Assembly (NCBI GenBank): GCA_011109175.1
Contig: RDEW01000019.1
Location: 48,038-112,037, forward strand
DNA from: Dicyema japonicum
Lineage: Eukaryota > Animalia > Dicyemida
DNA: 64,000 bases
Direction: 5' to 3'
Shown: positions 1 through 12,389 of the stretch, one piece after another
Position numbering within the stretch: the first letter of the stretch is position 1
Layout of the letters: each line of letters starts with the position of its first letter
The notes under the pieces: generated by a model
The model's database searches: none
Seen by the model: only the letters and a program-made list of their open reading frames with translations
Told to the model about the DNA's origin: nothing
Made by a program: the position numbers and the translations under genes

Positions 1-332
1 TTAAACCAAACCCCCTTAATTCTAAATCAAGATACTTTAGGTGATTCCAAAAACCCGAGATCACTTAAAATAGCAACGTGGCAGACTAATAATTTTCCAA
101 AGCAATAATTCAGATAAATTTTCAAAATAAAAGTATTAGAAAGAACACTTTAAACTAAATATTTAAGTCACTTTGAATGTGAAGAATATAATGTCTTGGA
201 TGAAAATGACACGTCTCATTTATTTTAAAAGAAATCAATTGAGAATTTTAAATTGAAGCGCCAAATAAATTCATATAGCGCGCAAAATTGGCGATATTTA
301 AGGTTTGTTAGCGACGTTTTGGTGTCATTTAA

Positions 333-704
333 ATGTCTTACAGAGAAACTGAAATCTACTCTTTTGAAGACCAGAATTTGAACGTGGACGCAATCAAATA
401 CAGAACCCAGCTTTGCAAGAGCTTTTTAGAGACTGGGAATTGTCGATATGGCGAAAACTGTTACTTTGCCCATGGAGAATCTGAACTAAGGGACAAAGTC
501 CGTCATCCAAAGTACAAGACCAAGCTCTGCAAGGGGTACCACGAGAATTTATATTGTAAATATGGACCAAAGTGTAACTTCATTCACAATGAAATGAACC
601 AAAATGAAAAAATGCATACCAGCCCAACTCCCCAGTGGATGACCAATAGCAGCAACAAAGTCCTCAATTTCAAATCCTTTTTAGAGAAATTCCATAAAAA
701 TTAG
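333..704 (+). CDS. ZFP36-like: Tandem CCCH zinc-finger mRNA-decay protein (TIS11/ZFP36 family), 123 aa, intronless
   Basis: KYRTQLC-x8-C-x5-C-x3-H and KYKTKLC-x8-C-x5-C-x3-H with the TIS11-type lead-ins and linker spacing. Confidence 0.92.
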   Translation: MSYRETEIYSFEDQNLNVDAIKYRTQLCKSFLETGNCRYGENCYFAHGESELRDKVRHPKYKTKLCKGYHENLYCKYGPKCNFIHNEMNQNEKMHTSPTPQWMTNSSNKVLNFKSFLEKFHKN

Positions 705-789
705 CAAAGTGGGACTTTGAATTAAAGTTTTATTTTCTATGTAAACTGTTTTGTTTAATCAATTACTTTATTCTAAGTAAACTGTTTTG

Positions 790-905
790 CGCTACACGAA
801 CAAGAGACCCTCGTGAGTGCTGCTGGTTATTTGAGCGATTCTTTCTCGCTATCGTGAGAGGGAATATCCATGCAGTCAGGGCAGCCTCTATATAATCGTT
901 TACTC
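790..905 (+). mobile_element. 3' fragment of CRE-like (REL endonuclease) non-LTR retrotransposon
   Basis: Translates to TRDPRECCWLFERFFLAIVRGNIHAV, matching the CRE-like C-terminal motif DPR..WLFQRLS.AI.RGN. Confidence 0.6.
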
Positions 906-1594
906 TCGTTTCTTTAATAAAAATTGAATTTATTACTTTATACCATTGGAAATTCACAAGTGTGCTGCATTTAGTCAATTATTTACAACACATGATTGAA
1001 TTTGAATGGACACTAAACGTGATATGAGAATATATGAGAGACTAAACGAAATTGGTGAGATGTTAATGGGAGATTAATATTTGTTAACATTAAAACTTAA
1101 TTAGAGTTACCTTAGAAGCTGATGTTTTGGAAGAGACATGCGTCGTTCGGGGTTCACTCTTCCGTGTTTATGCAGGACGACCGAGAGTCTCGACGAATTT
1201 GATAATGTGGGAGGTACTCTAAATGTCTCCAGAAAAAGTATTTAGCATTCATTCCCTGGTATTTCCTACATCCAAGATCTTTGTTTCGAAAGTCCCAGAT
1301 CTCCCATGTGTTGAAGTCTTAAACTTATTTTTGAGAATGAAATTTTTAATTTTGCATGAATTTATTAAAGGTAATATCATTTATTCAGAAACAGAAGACA
1401 ATACAAACAAATCATGTTCCGGGTGCATCGCTTCCAAGGCGCTGTGAAAATAATCTCATTTCATATTCTCCAAGCGACGATTATTTCTTCAGTTTCCTCA
1501 ATTCGACAGAGTAGGCATCTGGGCTGTCAGGTTGGGTAATTGACTAAAGTAAATAATGAACCCCCTCCCACTCATTTATGTAGGCGGGGATAAA

Positions 1595-3480
1595 TATTTT
1601 ACTTATCTAATAACCCCGGGTATATCTGAAAGAGTTAATTAACGTATAATTAAGGTATATTCAGTCCCCATGGTCGGATTGAAAGGTATCATGTCCAACA
1701 TCACCTGTAGCAGAGAAGAGCAGTGGGCATATCCTGAGACAGGTAAATTAACAGACGTCTCTAATGCTTTGAAGAAGGAATATACCCAATTGAATTTTCA
1801 TTGGAGTTTCTTACTTTCTGTAATCTCGTACAGACAGAACCTTGTGCAAGAAAGAACTCAACCATTCTCGTAAATGCTAGAACGTCTATTTTATTTTATC
1901 TTAAGATTCAAACACATTTATTTTTAGAATTTACTTCTTGTCAACATCTCGGTGTCTTCAAGACAGGAAAGCATGTTAAGTTTAAGATCTCACTCCATCT
2001 GTTCCGTAAATTCACAAAGTCTTCCAATCAAAATTGAAAGCGTTTGAAGGATCACCTTAGCATCTTGAAATCTTGATATGTTTTTGATTTCCAGTGTAGA
2101 TTCCAAGTGTAGGTGCTCAGTTGGTATGGTTTTAGAAAGGTATGGTTTTTAAAAAGTAATTATTCTTAGAGTGGAATTTTGAGTTTATTTTTTCGACGTT
2201 TTTTATTGATAATCAGAGACCCTAGACATGAACAGCATAGTTNTTGATTTCGAGTGTAGATTTCAAGTGTAGGTGCTCAGTTGGTATGGTTTTAGAAAGG
2301 TATGGTTTTTAAAAAGTAATTATTCTTAGAGTGGAATTTTGAGTTTATTTTTTCGACGTTTTTTATTGATAAACAGGGACCCTAGACATGAACAGCATAG
2401 TTTATCGTTGCTCTGATGAATTGTCTGTAGATAATCAGGCTCTCTTTGATCTGGCCAAATGACCTAGCTGCCACGGCCCGGACTAAGTTGACTTTCTGAG
2501 ATTTTTCGCATACATATGAGATGTTTTGAACAAAATAGTAAAGTATCAAATATCAAACAGAGTAGTTAAGGTCTTTTAACCACAGAAAAAAAAGCTTTGT
2601 TATAACGTTGATTCCAGGTTGAATTGAGGACGGTCTGTAGTGAAAAGTGCTATTGATTACTTTTCGTTAGAAGAATGAGGAAATTTCTGTTCATCCATGA
2701 AGAAATTTTGTCAATAAGTTCTTGCATGACAATAGAAGCAACCGTTAAGTTGCAATGGGGAGAGGCTTTTACTACTTTGGATGTCCGGTCAATGGACGCA
2801 ACAATTGTTTTTTGCGGAAGTTTATTATTGAATCCATCAATAAATTGAGTCAGTTTAAAAAGATGGGTTGTAGTCGAATGGTAAGCTCGAAAGCCATGGT
2901 GGAGTCTAGAAAATACAGGTAGGGTTGATTAAACACAGTAGAACTCTTTCAGCAATCTTCGAGAAAACAGAAAAAAGGGAAATAGGACGATAAGAAGAGG
3001 AACAGAAGGGTCGCGGTTAGGCTTCAAATATGAATGATTGTGGCTTTATTCCAGAGCATAGGTACTGACTGACCCATAAAGTATATTTGGTCCAAGGCTT
3101 TTAGGTGATGTATGGCAAGACCGTCAGGCCCTCTTGCATTAGTTTCGAGAATTGAACAAGTTTAGTAATTAGGGATTGCGGAATAATGAAAAGTCTGTTG
3201 GCTTCAGAGGATACGGTCTCTTACAATTGAGTCCTTATCGGTAAAAAATGAGTTATCTTCGCATGAGCACTAAAAAGATTGTCTGGTCACGGAAGGATAA
3301 GACACGATTTTTTCTTGAGAGATCACTTGAGTCTGGGATGTATTTTCATGAGGATTCTCCACAAGACAGGGGATCCAGTATAAGGATTTAGAGTACAAGT
3401 AAAGTCATTCTATTCGTTAGTCTTATTTTAAGATTAGGTCGTCAATAAACCAAGTGGAATACTGTACGAATCCCACCTTC
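1595..3480 (-). mobile_element. Decayed Jockey/I-like LINE (RT plus 3' end)
   Basis: Minus strand SYRPISLFSVFSKIAERV near 2950-3000 followed by degenerate HGFR/STTTHL motifs; 3' end at about 1595-1670 resembles the SINE-A tail. Confidence 0.7.
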
Positions 3481-3489
3481 CAAGTTTAT

Positions 3490-4101
3490 AGTTTATATGC
3501 GTATTTGTGATCCTTTTCTTCGTATGTTGATGGTTGAAGATAATTAAAATCGAGTTGTGGTCAGTTGAAAGATCATCTAGATGCTGATCGATTCAGCATG
3601 GAACAATGTTAAGCCAGAAACCATACGAAACTGTTTTACCAAAAATGTTGTATCTCTTAGTAACAATGTAACAGTTGAAATAGTGGAGGAATAAATTGAA
3701 CAGGACACATCAATTCAGTTTTGGAGTTATTTTTCCAATGAGATTTATTTTTCAAATTTCATGAATGTGGATTTATTAACGGGCCCTGATAAAGACAAAA
3801 ACATCGATGTTTTGGAAGCTAAAAAATGTTCTCCTGACAAAATAGAAGAATCTAGTTTCTGAAATATTACAACTTATACTGCACTTAAAAGAATAGGAAA
3901 TCTCAAAAGTTATTTTGAAAATGGAGGTTATCCTGGTGAACATGCAAAAAACGTACCATGTAAACTTGAAAATCAGCTTGCAAAAATATTTACTAATTTG
4001 GTTAAATCGGTTAAATTTAATCATCGCTTATAGTGAAGCAAATCGTTTGACTTCACTAGGAGCCCCATAAAGTAATTTGAGTATACAAGGGAGTCATACT
4101 G
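3490..4101 (+). mobile_element. pogo/Tigger DDE transposase remnant
   Basis: AWNNVKPETIRNCFTK (about 3596-3645) is the typical DDE_1 C-terminal motif; the right end reads CAGTATGACTCCC on the minus strand, pogo-like TIR. Confidence 0.6.
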
Positions 4102-5133
4102 ACAAATCTAGAAAACACCGTAATCTTATTGAAGTATGATAATTTGCAAGTCTACTACAACAGGGGTAGGCACCATAGCGACAAATATAATAATTATGAC
4201 AAGACTCAGTAATGCTGTCCCTTATTTACATGACAATTTTTCGTATATCTGAAATTTATTCGCATTTTCGTCTTCGATCAAGGAGGACAAGTGTTCACCA
4301 GTCAGCCTTGTTCTCTGATAAGGTTTTGTAGACATTCAAGATGATGAGCATTAAAATCACCACGTATGACAATTTTTCGTATATCTGAAATTTATTCGCA
4401 TTTTCGTCTTCGATCAAGGAGGACAAGTGTTCACCAGTCAGCCTTGTTCTCTGATAAGGTTTTGTAGACATTCAAGATGATGAGCATTAAAATCACCACG
4501 TAAGATACAATTTTCAACAGAAAAAGTAGAAGTAAGTTCGCCGCATAGTTCGGAGTGAAACAGGACTTGTTGATATTGGCCCGGATATATGAAATTTCAA
4601 TAGAAAATCCTCCATCGATTGTCCATAAGCTGTAAATCAAGTGTTCATTCTCAGCAATCTCATTTCCATGGGAATCATCATCAAAGACAAGCCGTTATAT
4701 GACCAACTCCTGCACTACAATCAGTATAAAGTAAGAATTGATGTCTCATGTGTTAGGACACAATGTTGAAGGCTCTCCAAGTAATGCCTGATGATGTGCT
4801 TTGCAATCAAATATATGGTCGGTTTATGTTTGAGGTTAGTTTTGAGTCATTTTTGGCTGCTCAACTAAATTGGTGGCAGAAAAAACTCTCCTCCAAGTTT
4901 GTATCTTCCAATTTTAGCTACACCTATTCTGACTCCCTCGATCAGTTTCTAAAAACAGATAGACTGGCAGGACAAGACGGAGACGTTATAAGTCGAGTTT
5001 TTATTGCAAAAGTTGCTCTTAAGTATCAATTTAGTGCTACCATGAGATGAGGGATGTGTCCAATGCTTCCGGTTATCTGAAAAGCATTGATTTGTCTGAT
5101 TTAGAGGAGTAAATTTAAAATCTTGGTGATCAG

Positions 5134-5912
5134 TAGGGCGATTTTTATTTTGACTTTATAAATCGGAAATTTTGACCTAAAATTGACGTTATTGACTTTA
5201 AAATTCCAAAATTTTGACCTTTTTTGACTTTATGATAAATTTATCTACAAAAAATTTTTTTTAATATAAAAAAACTAATCAAAATTTTTATCAAAATACA
5301 GAATAATGTAATTCAAAACTTTTTCGGTTTTAAAATTTCGGTTTTAAAATTTCGGTTTTTCTTCTCTCAACAAATAATGATGTGGAAGGACACTTTTTCA
5401 GATAGTTGATAACATATAGAGAAATATGTTGTTTTTTCACTTTTGTGATAGAAAGCACTTGATTAACAAATAATCTTAATTCCAGTACTTTCCGATTCCA
5501 CATAAATCGTCCCCGAAATGCAATTTCTGAACGTATTCAACAGCGTCTGAGAGATCTATCGCAAAATCCCTTATAACATTGTCAATTATTTGACAGATAA
5601 TCGAAGAGTTAGCTGCAGAATGGGCTACAAGATATTAAAATATTTTCTTGGGAACAGAAATTCTTCCAATAAATGTATTGATATATTTCTGTTCCCGGAT
5701 ATCAGTTTCGTCAATCAAGAATTTTTTTCAGATCTATAATAAATGACAATAAAACCTAAAAAATAGCGTAATTCTGCCATACATTTTGACTTTTTTGACT
5801 TTATAACTTTTGATTTATATAATATTTTTGATTAAAAACTACATTTTTATAAGTTTTAAACAATTTTAAAGAACATAGTAATTTTTTGACTTTATTGATA
5901 AAAATTGCCCTA
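5134..5912. mobile_element. Non-autonomous hAT element, 779 bp, intact ends
   Basis: TIRs TAGGGCGATTTTTAT / TAGGGCAATTTTTAT; perfect 8-bp TSD GTGATCAG at 5126-5133 and 5913-5920; internal minus-strand DETDIREQKYINTFIG...SDAVEYV transposase-like remnant. Confidence 0.9.
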
Positions 5913-6529
5913 GTGATCAGCATCCAGAACCTATCTGTAAATCTGAAAGTTTGGGGACCACTGTAGTGAAAATTCGATGAGGATTTTTAGACATATATTG
6001 AGGATGGATCCTGCTGCACACGCAAATGATATCATGAAATTATACTTTCTAAGTACCGGTCCATTTCGGGGCAGATTTCGTACAACACTTCCTCTGACCT
6101 TAGATAACGACATAAAAATGCAAAATGCGAATGGAAAATCTTGCTGACTTAGACACCTCCTAAAAATCCCAATCTCAAGAGTATCATGGAGGCGTCTGAC
6201 GGCAAAGATAATCCGGGGTACGGCACAAGCGTTTAGTTTATTGGATAAGTCAATTATTATTATTATTATAAGCACTTATCGCTATGTCATAGGACTTGAC
6301 AAAGCATGTGCAACACGAGTTAGCAAATCACTGGTTAGTTTCATCCACTTCCTCCTATTCAAAGCCGCAGCGCGCAACCAGTCCAGATCCTCTCCACTTG
6401 CAAGATGCCGTCCCANCTTGCTGACTTAGACACCTCCTAAAAATCCCAATCTCAAGAGTATCATGGAGGCGTCTGACGGCAAAGATAATCCGGGGTACGG
6501 CACAAGCGTTTAGTTTATTGGATAAGTCA

Positions 6530-7075
6530 ATTATTATTATTATAAGCACTTATCGCTATGTCATAGGACTTGACAAAGCATGTGCAACACGAGTTAGCAA
6601 ATCACTGGTTAGTTTCATCCACTTCCTCCTATTCAAAGCCGCAGCGCGCAACCAGTCCAGATCCTCTCCACTTGCAAGATGCCGTCCCATTTCTTTGAGG
6701 TCCTCGTCGAGAACGACTGCCAGTGTCGTCCTTGGGCGACCACGGAAACGGGGGGCCTCCAACATGAAGTAATCCTCCATGGCTACGTTCGCGGGGGCAT
6801 CTAGGTCCAGTCGCAGAATATGGCCGAAAAGCCTCCATCGTGTATCCAGAATCTCATTAGAAATTTCTGAGGTCTTCGTCCTCTTATAGAGAAGATTAGA
6901 TGACATCCTCGTATCACTTCTTTCGAACATCATATGCCGTAGTTGGTCTCTATGAAACGCATTAAGCCTCTTCAGTTCATTTCTTGAGCAGGCCCAGGTA
7001 CCAGCGTTATATAGTAGTATGGGTTTCACTAGCGAGTTGTATAATCGAGTTTTTGTTATAATGTCGAAACTCCCC
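6530..7075 (-). mobile_element. 5'-truncated RTE-like LINE 3' end with (TAA)n tail
   Basis: LYNSLVKPILLYNAGTW...RWRLFGHILR...RGRPRTTL...LRAAALNRRKW; ATAATAATAAT tail near 6530-6545; 6253-6415 is a duplicated copy across an N join. Confidence 0.85.
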
Positions 7076-7183
7076 AGATTAATTTAATTATTTTTGACGT
7101 TAATGAATATAAATTAATTTACTTTTTAATTAATAATAATTTTTAAAATTATAATATCAATAAAACTAGTGTTATTGACCTTA

Positions 7184-9518
7184 ATGAATTTAATAAGATT
7201 GCCAATATTCCGTAATTATAAAATGTAATATATATTTTACTGACTAATCAGACCTCTCACTTATTTTAAAGCTTCGCTCTCCAAAGCGCCCAAAGTACTG
7301 TCATGGAATAAGGTCTAGGGTCCAAACGAGTCGTTCATCATAAATGCCTTTGCTGGGAAGTTGAAATTTGATCACGTGTTCCCATATCCTAAAGGTTTCC
7401 CTTCAAAAGTTTACTCAAGTTTTAACCGACGAAGAATGTGAAATTACCGAATCCATGATCGGACCAATAAACAAATTTTTTAAGGTAAATGCGCGCTTTA
7501 GTGAAAATGACGATTAATTGACGTCATTACTTATGTTAGGAAGGTAATTCAGCCGCAGAGAACGATAAGAGGGGAGAAATCACCATAGAAACCAAACGGA
7601 AATTAGCCGAACTTGGCGCTTACGGACTAATCACACCAACTGAATTTGGTTTTTCCTTTATGCTTACGTAGGCGGCTTGGGTTTGAATTCCAGTCAAACA
7701 TCAAGGCTCAGTGAGGCGGTGGGTCACTTTGACCTTTCCGTTATGATCCACATTGGTGCTCATCAGGTTTTTAGAACCGATTAGTCGTAGTCTATCGGAT
7801 ATCGGGGGATCATAAACTACGGGACGCCAGAACAGAAGAAAAAATATCTCCCCGACTTGGCCTCAGGAAAAAAGATCGCTGCCTATTGTTTGACAGAACC
7901 TTCCGCAGGGTCTGATGCCGCTGTAAGGGCTGAGATAACCACAAGTCTATCAAATCCAATGCAGTCCTCTCTGCTGACGGGAAGCACTACATTCTAAACG
8001 GAAGCAAGATTTGGATCACTAACGGTGGAATGGCTGATGTTATGACCGTTTTTGCTAAGGTTGCTTTAACACGGACAATTTAGACACCGGTGACCGAAGA
8101 TGGCATGGAGAAGATGAAGATGACCGCCTTTATAGTCGAAAGGGAATTTGGAGGGATCACCAGTGGCAATCCTGTAGCTAAAATGGGGATCAAAGCATCC
8201 GAAACATGCGAAGTATTTTTCGACGACGTTCACATTCCTGTGGAGAATGTTCTCGGAGGTTAACAGACTTGGTTGATTATTAGAGGTCGGCAATGGCTTC
8301 CTCATCGCTGTGAGCATCCTAAACATGGGTCGGTCCTCGATCTGTGCGAGCATGTGCGGGACCATGAAGGAGATGTTGACCAGATCAGTTCTCTTTATTT
8401 TAACGGTCAGATAAATTTTGCCTGGCAGAGAGAACAATTTGGCAGCAAAATAGTCAAGTATGGAGTCATCAAGGAAAAGCTGGCGAGGATGGCAATGAAA
8501 ATCTACGCATCTGAGGTCAGGGACCGGTTTTTTAGAGCTTAGTCCATCGGCTACCTACTGGCCGGAAACTACGACCGGAATGTGCCCGATCTGCAGGTGG
8601 ATGCTGCAATTTGCAAGATATATGGATCAGTTAGTGACTTTATATAGTCTAAGGATGCTGCTTGGAGTGTGGTGGATGATGCTATACAAATTCACGGGGG
8701 GATGGGATATATGGCTGTTAATGTTAGTTTTTAATGTTCTAGGAGATTGAGTTGGAAAGATTCGCCAGGGATGCAAGAATTTGTCGAATTTTCGAAGGGA
8801 CCAACGAAATTTTGAGACTTTTTGTCGCCTATAACGGAATTATGGTTATTAATCTTTGATAATGCGCTTAGCATGCAGGAAAGACAATTTCAAATATCAC
8901 CTCATCCAAGAATAGTCTACTTACTCTTTATTCATCAGTGTCTATAGCTGTAACGAGAATCCTCGTGGGTCCGAAAGCTCAAGCACACCTTAAGAAAATT
9001 GTCCACCAGGACCTTTCTGAGAGCGCCGAAAAAGTTTTATTTTTAAATTTTTTTTCAAAATTTATTAATATAATTATACTTTAATTTTATTACTCTAACT
9101 TTAATTTTAGCTTGGAATTTCAATAAACAACTTTTTGAGAATAGTGACGCGTCTGATATTTGTCCATAAAAAGGGACTCAAAGGTTTGTGATCTTGTTTA
9201 CTGATTAGACCGCCAGTTTGAAGTTTATAGAATTGGGGAGGCCGCTATTTCGATTCACGTGATGGCTGCTGTACTTTCGCGGGCTTCGAGCGCATTAGAA
9301 CAGCAGACAGACACATGTAAGCACGAGGCACAGCTTTGCAAAGCGATTTGCATGGAGGTGGGTTCTTGGTTTAATTTGTGTATCAGGAATCTTTGAATGT
9401 TTCAAGATCCTTAGACACGATAAGTAGAAGTAAGGAATTGACTTCATGTCTGTTCGATATTTCTGATAGTATTGTCAAGAATGAGGATTATTTCGTTAAG
9501 ACCCCGCTCGGTATGTAA
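7184..9518 (+). CDS. ACADVL/ACAD9: Very-long-chain acyl-CoA dehydrogenase family (ACADVL/ACAD9), 17 introns
   Basis: Spliced by hand into one ORF: [59 protein letters not shown] (catalytic Glu present); all introns GT-AG, 15 of 17 are 23-29 nt. Confidence 0.93.
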
Positions 9519-9589
9519 TCCTCTATAATATTATAATTCTTGATTAATCGCTAATTTACTTAAAATAAATTATCAACAGAATTTGAACT

Positions 9590-9800
9590 TATTTGCTTGT
9601 TGGGTTGTGGTAACTGTTCTCCCTGGTTTCCAATTTAGTTGTTGGTTTGATTCCCACACTGCTATTTACTTGATAGAAGGATTTTTTTCATTTCGACCAA
9701 TAGGGCGTTATTTGATCCACTTAACTAAAGAGACTCACATTGTGTGGTTGGAGGGTCCCTTTCTTCTCTACCCTAGTGGAAGGGTAGAATATGGATGGAC
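9590..9800 (+). mobile_element. Diverged SINE-A copy
   Basis: GGGCGTTATTTGATCCACTT and TCTCTACCCTAGTGGAAGGG resemble the SINE-A core motifs. Confidence 0.4.
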
Positions 9801-10504
9801 ATGGTGTTTGGAAAAGATGCGCCCCATGCTTGTTTTCAACATCAATTGAATTCAGCTTTACCAAGAATGAAAATTTGTCAGCGATCCAACGAAGGCGGCA
9901 TGAGCGTTCTGAAAAATCGGCTTTCAGTCTGTTTGCGATTCATTATTCTTTTATTTCATCAACTTCTGATAAGCCACCGTATTACGCACTTTATCATTTT
10001 TTTTAGTCTGACTCTTGCCAAGGGTACATTCCACTTCTGACAGTATTCTGATGCAGATCCTACTGTACTCTTTACGATGTCTTCAGATTTATGTCAATAA
10101 TTTTATTGAGCTCATCAAAGTCATCCCTTGTCTGAATTAAATCAATCTTGGGATCTTGTAAACGTTTTATGGCTAGGATCTGCTCTCCATACAGTGAGCT
10201 GACCGGTGCGACTGCCCCCTAGACACGCCACTGATACGCCCAAATCCGACAAGGAGCACTGGATAAAACCTCTTACATGCATATCCGCGGTTATTAAAAA
10301 CTTATTTGTTAAACTAATCTCATTTTTTGATAACAAATTCAATGTTTTGGGTGGTTCCATGGGTCTTAATATTTGGAAGCATGCCAAAGATACGAGAAAC
10401 TTCTTTATGGAGATTAATCCAGGACTTCAAGACCAACTCTGGAAGGAAGGTAAGTGTGAATTAGATAATAACTCATCCTCTTTCTTGCAGTTACAAAATT
10501 GAGA

Positions 10505-10790
10505 TATCGCGCTATGTGGATACTTGATTGAAGATTTTTTGTTCTTCCTCTTCCCCTTTTATTAAAGTGGCGTCATATGATCCACCTATCTTATGTGGCG
10601 CCCAGTGCGAGGGTGTTATGTAAAAAAGATCATTTGTTCTCCCCCTACTCCACTGGATGGGTCCCCACAACTGCAAGGAATGGACGACTTGCACCATTTA
10701 CAGTGGTTCTGGATGGACTTGTGTAACAATCGAAGGACTCTGTTTCTGTGACAATGAGACTTCTTTTTGGTAGCGTGAGAGTTCAATAGA
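10505..10790 (+). mobile_element. SINE-A copy
   Basis: GTGGCGTCATATGATCCACCT...GATCATTTGTTCTCCCCCTACTCCACTGGA...CCACAACTGCA core shared with the other copies. Confidence 0.75.
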
Positions 10791-11859
10791 CAATCCAGCA
10801 ACGGTGACTACAGTGCCGAATCAGCTTAATGGTCTTTAGGCTGAGGTGTCGACGTACCTTGATTGCAATTGATTTATCTTCTCACGGTTTACATGATCTC
10901 TCATTCTTCTCCCCGTGAACGAAATTCTAAAGACATCGAATTTTAGAACAAGGAATGTCAGATATAATTCGCTCAGAATTCGAATTTGAGGAAATTAAAT
11001 GATTCCTCTTGAGAAGGAACAAGGGAGGTTGTACAACCTTACTGTAGGTTATCCACTTCTGGACCACAAGGGAATATGCTGGAACAGTCAGAAGCATTCA
11101 GAGCAGTCGTTATAAGGAGCAGTTAGATTTCCAAGCCAACATAAAAAGGAAGAGAAATGCCAAACTGTTCCCAAGGTTTAGAACCAATTGACATCTTGGA
11201 AGAGGTATGAATACTTTATCAGTTTGAATTTTCGAGATCTCATCACATGGGCGATCTGGCAAAAATCATGCGTCGAGAAATTGTTTGTACATGTAACATC
11301 CCAAATAAAAGCTCTCTACCCTCACATGGAGAGGTGGTCATTCCGTGTGTTTGATCTACGGGCTTGAAAACAGAGAAACCATCTCCATCAATTTTCTGCC
11401 TAACAAATTCTTTCAAAAACCCTGTCAACGTTTCTTCTGAAAAGGTGGAGTATGTAACTTCTGATCTTTCCACCATTTAGGCATCAATTTGGCATAAGGC
11501 TGAGTAACTCTCCGATTCGAAGTGAATCACTGTAAAGAAAGGTGGTCAGCCCTCACTTTAGGTGGAGGTTCTATGTAGAAAATAGAGGCGATGGAGTTGG
11601 CCAAAAGATTCAAGCTTTTCAAAAAATTTACAGCAAACCACATCTTCGAGAGTCATTTGAAAATATGAGGGTGACAATAAGGTCAATTGAAGAGTAGAGA
11701 ATTATCCGGCCAGAGAATCGGAAGCCATTAATAAATAAAGGTGGGGTGTCCTCGTTGTATTAAGAACCAAAGAATACAAGCTTTTTCTCAGGAATATAAA
11801 TTCCACATGTACTCGATTACTCATTTAGCGTCATTCCAGACTCTCCCTTCCGCAGTCCT

Positions 11860-12200
11860 TTGAGCATCATCCTAGGATATTGAAGGGGATAGACTCTATT
11901 TTTGAAAACAAAAACATTTTGATAGTTTCAATTACTGAGGAATTTAAGTCCTTGATCTTCTTCAGCAACGTCTTCGTTAGGTTCATACCCCAAGCAGCGC
12001 AATCGTAGTCGAGGATTGAGCCAATATACTGAGTATATTTGGATCGTAACGTCGAGGAGAAATAGCTCTTTGTTGTCCATAGAGGGCCTTTGTGGGTATT
12101 GTTGAAAATAGACATGATTATATTCTGAAGAGGTTGATGGATTACTATTGTCAACACAAGTTACATTGTGTGCGGCTTTCCGATACGGCGATGAATAAAG
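11860..12200 (-). mobile_element. LINE RT C-terminal fragment (Jockey/L2-like)
   Basis: YTQYIGSILDYDCAAWGMNLT, homologous to the element at 19452-19958 (YKQYVEPTIGYACAAWGSNLS). Confidence 0.6.
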
Positions 12201-12389
12201 ATATGACACGCTTATTATTGATTGAAAATATAATAATAAAAATTTATTATTAAAAAAATTTAAAATAATAAATATGTTAAAAAATTATTGGTGGATGGCG
12301 AAAAGTTTAATGAGGCGTTTTAAATAAAACCCAAAAATGCGTAAATAGGTGACGCAATAATATAAATAAGTAACATTCGTAGTGTCATA

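Noticed and set aside
5931-6275. 114-aa ORF as an L1-like RT
   Set aside because: Putative RT motifs occur in the wrong order, and the ORF start is formed by the neighbouring RTE tail.
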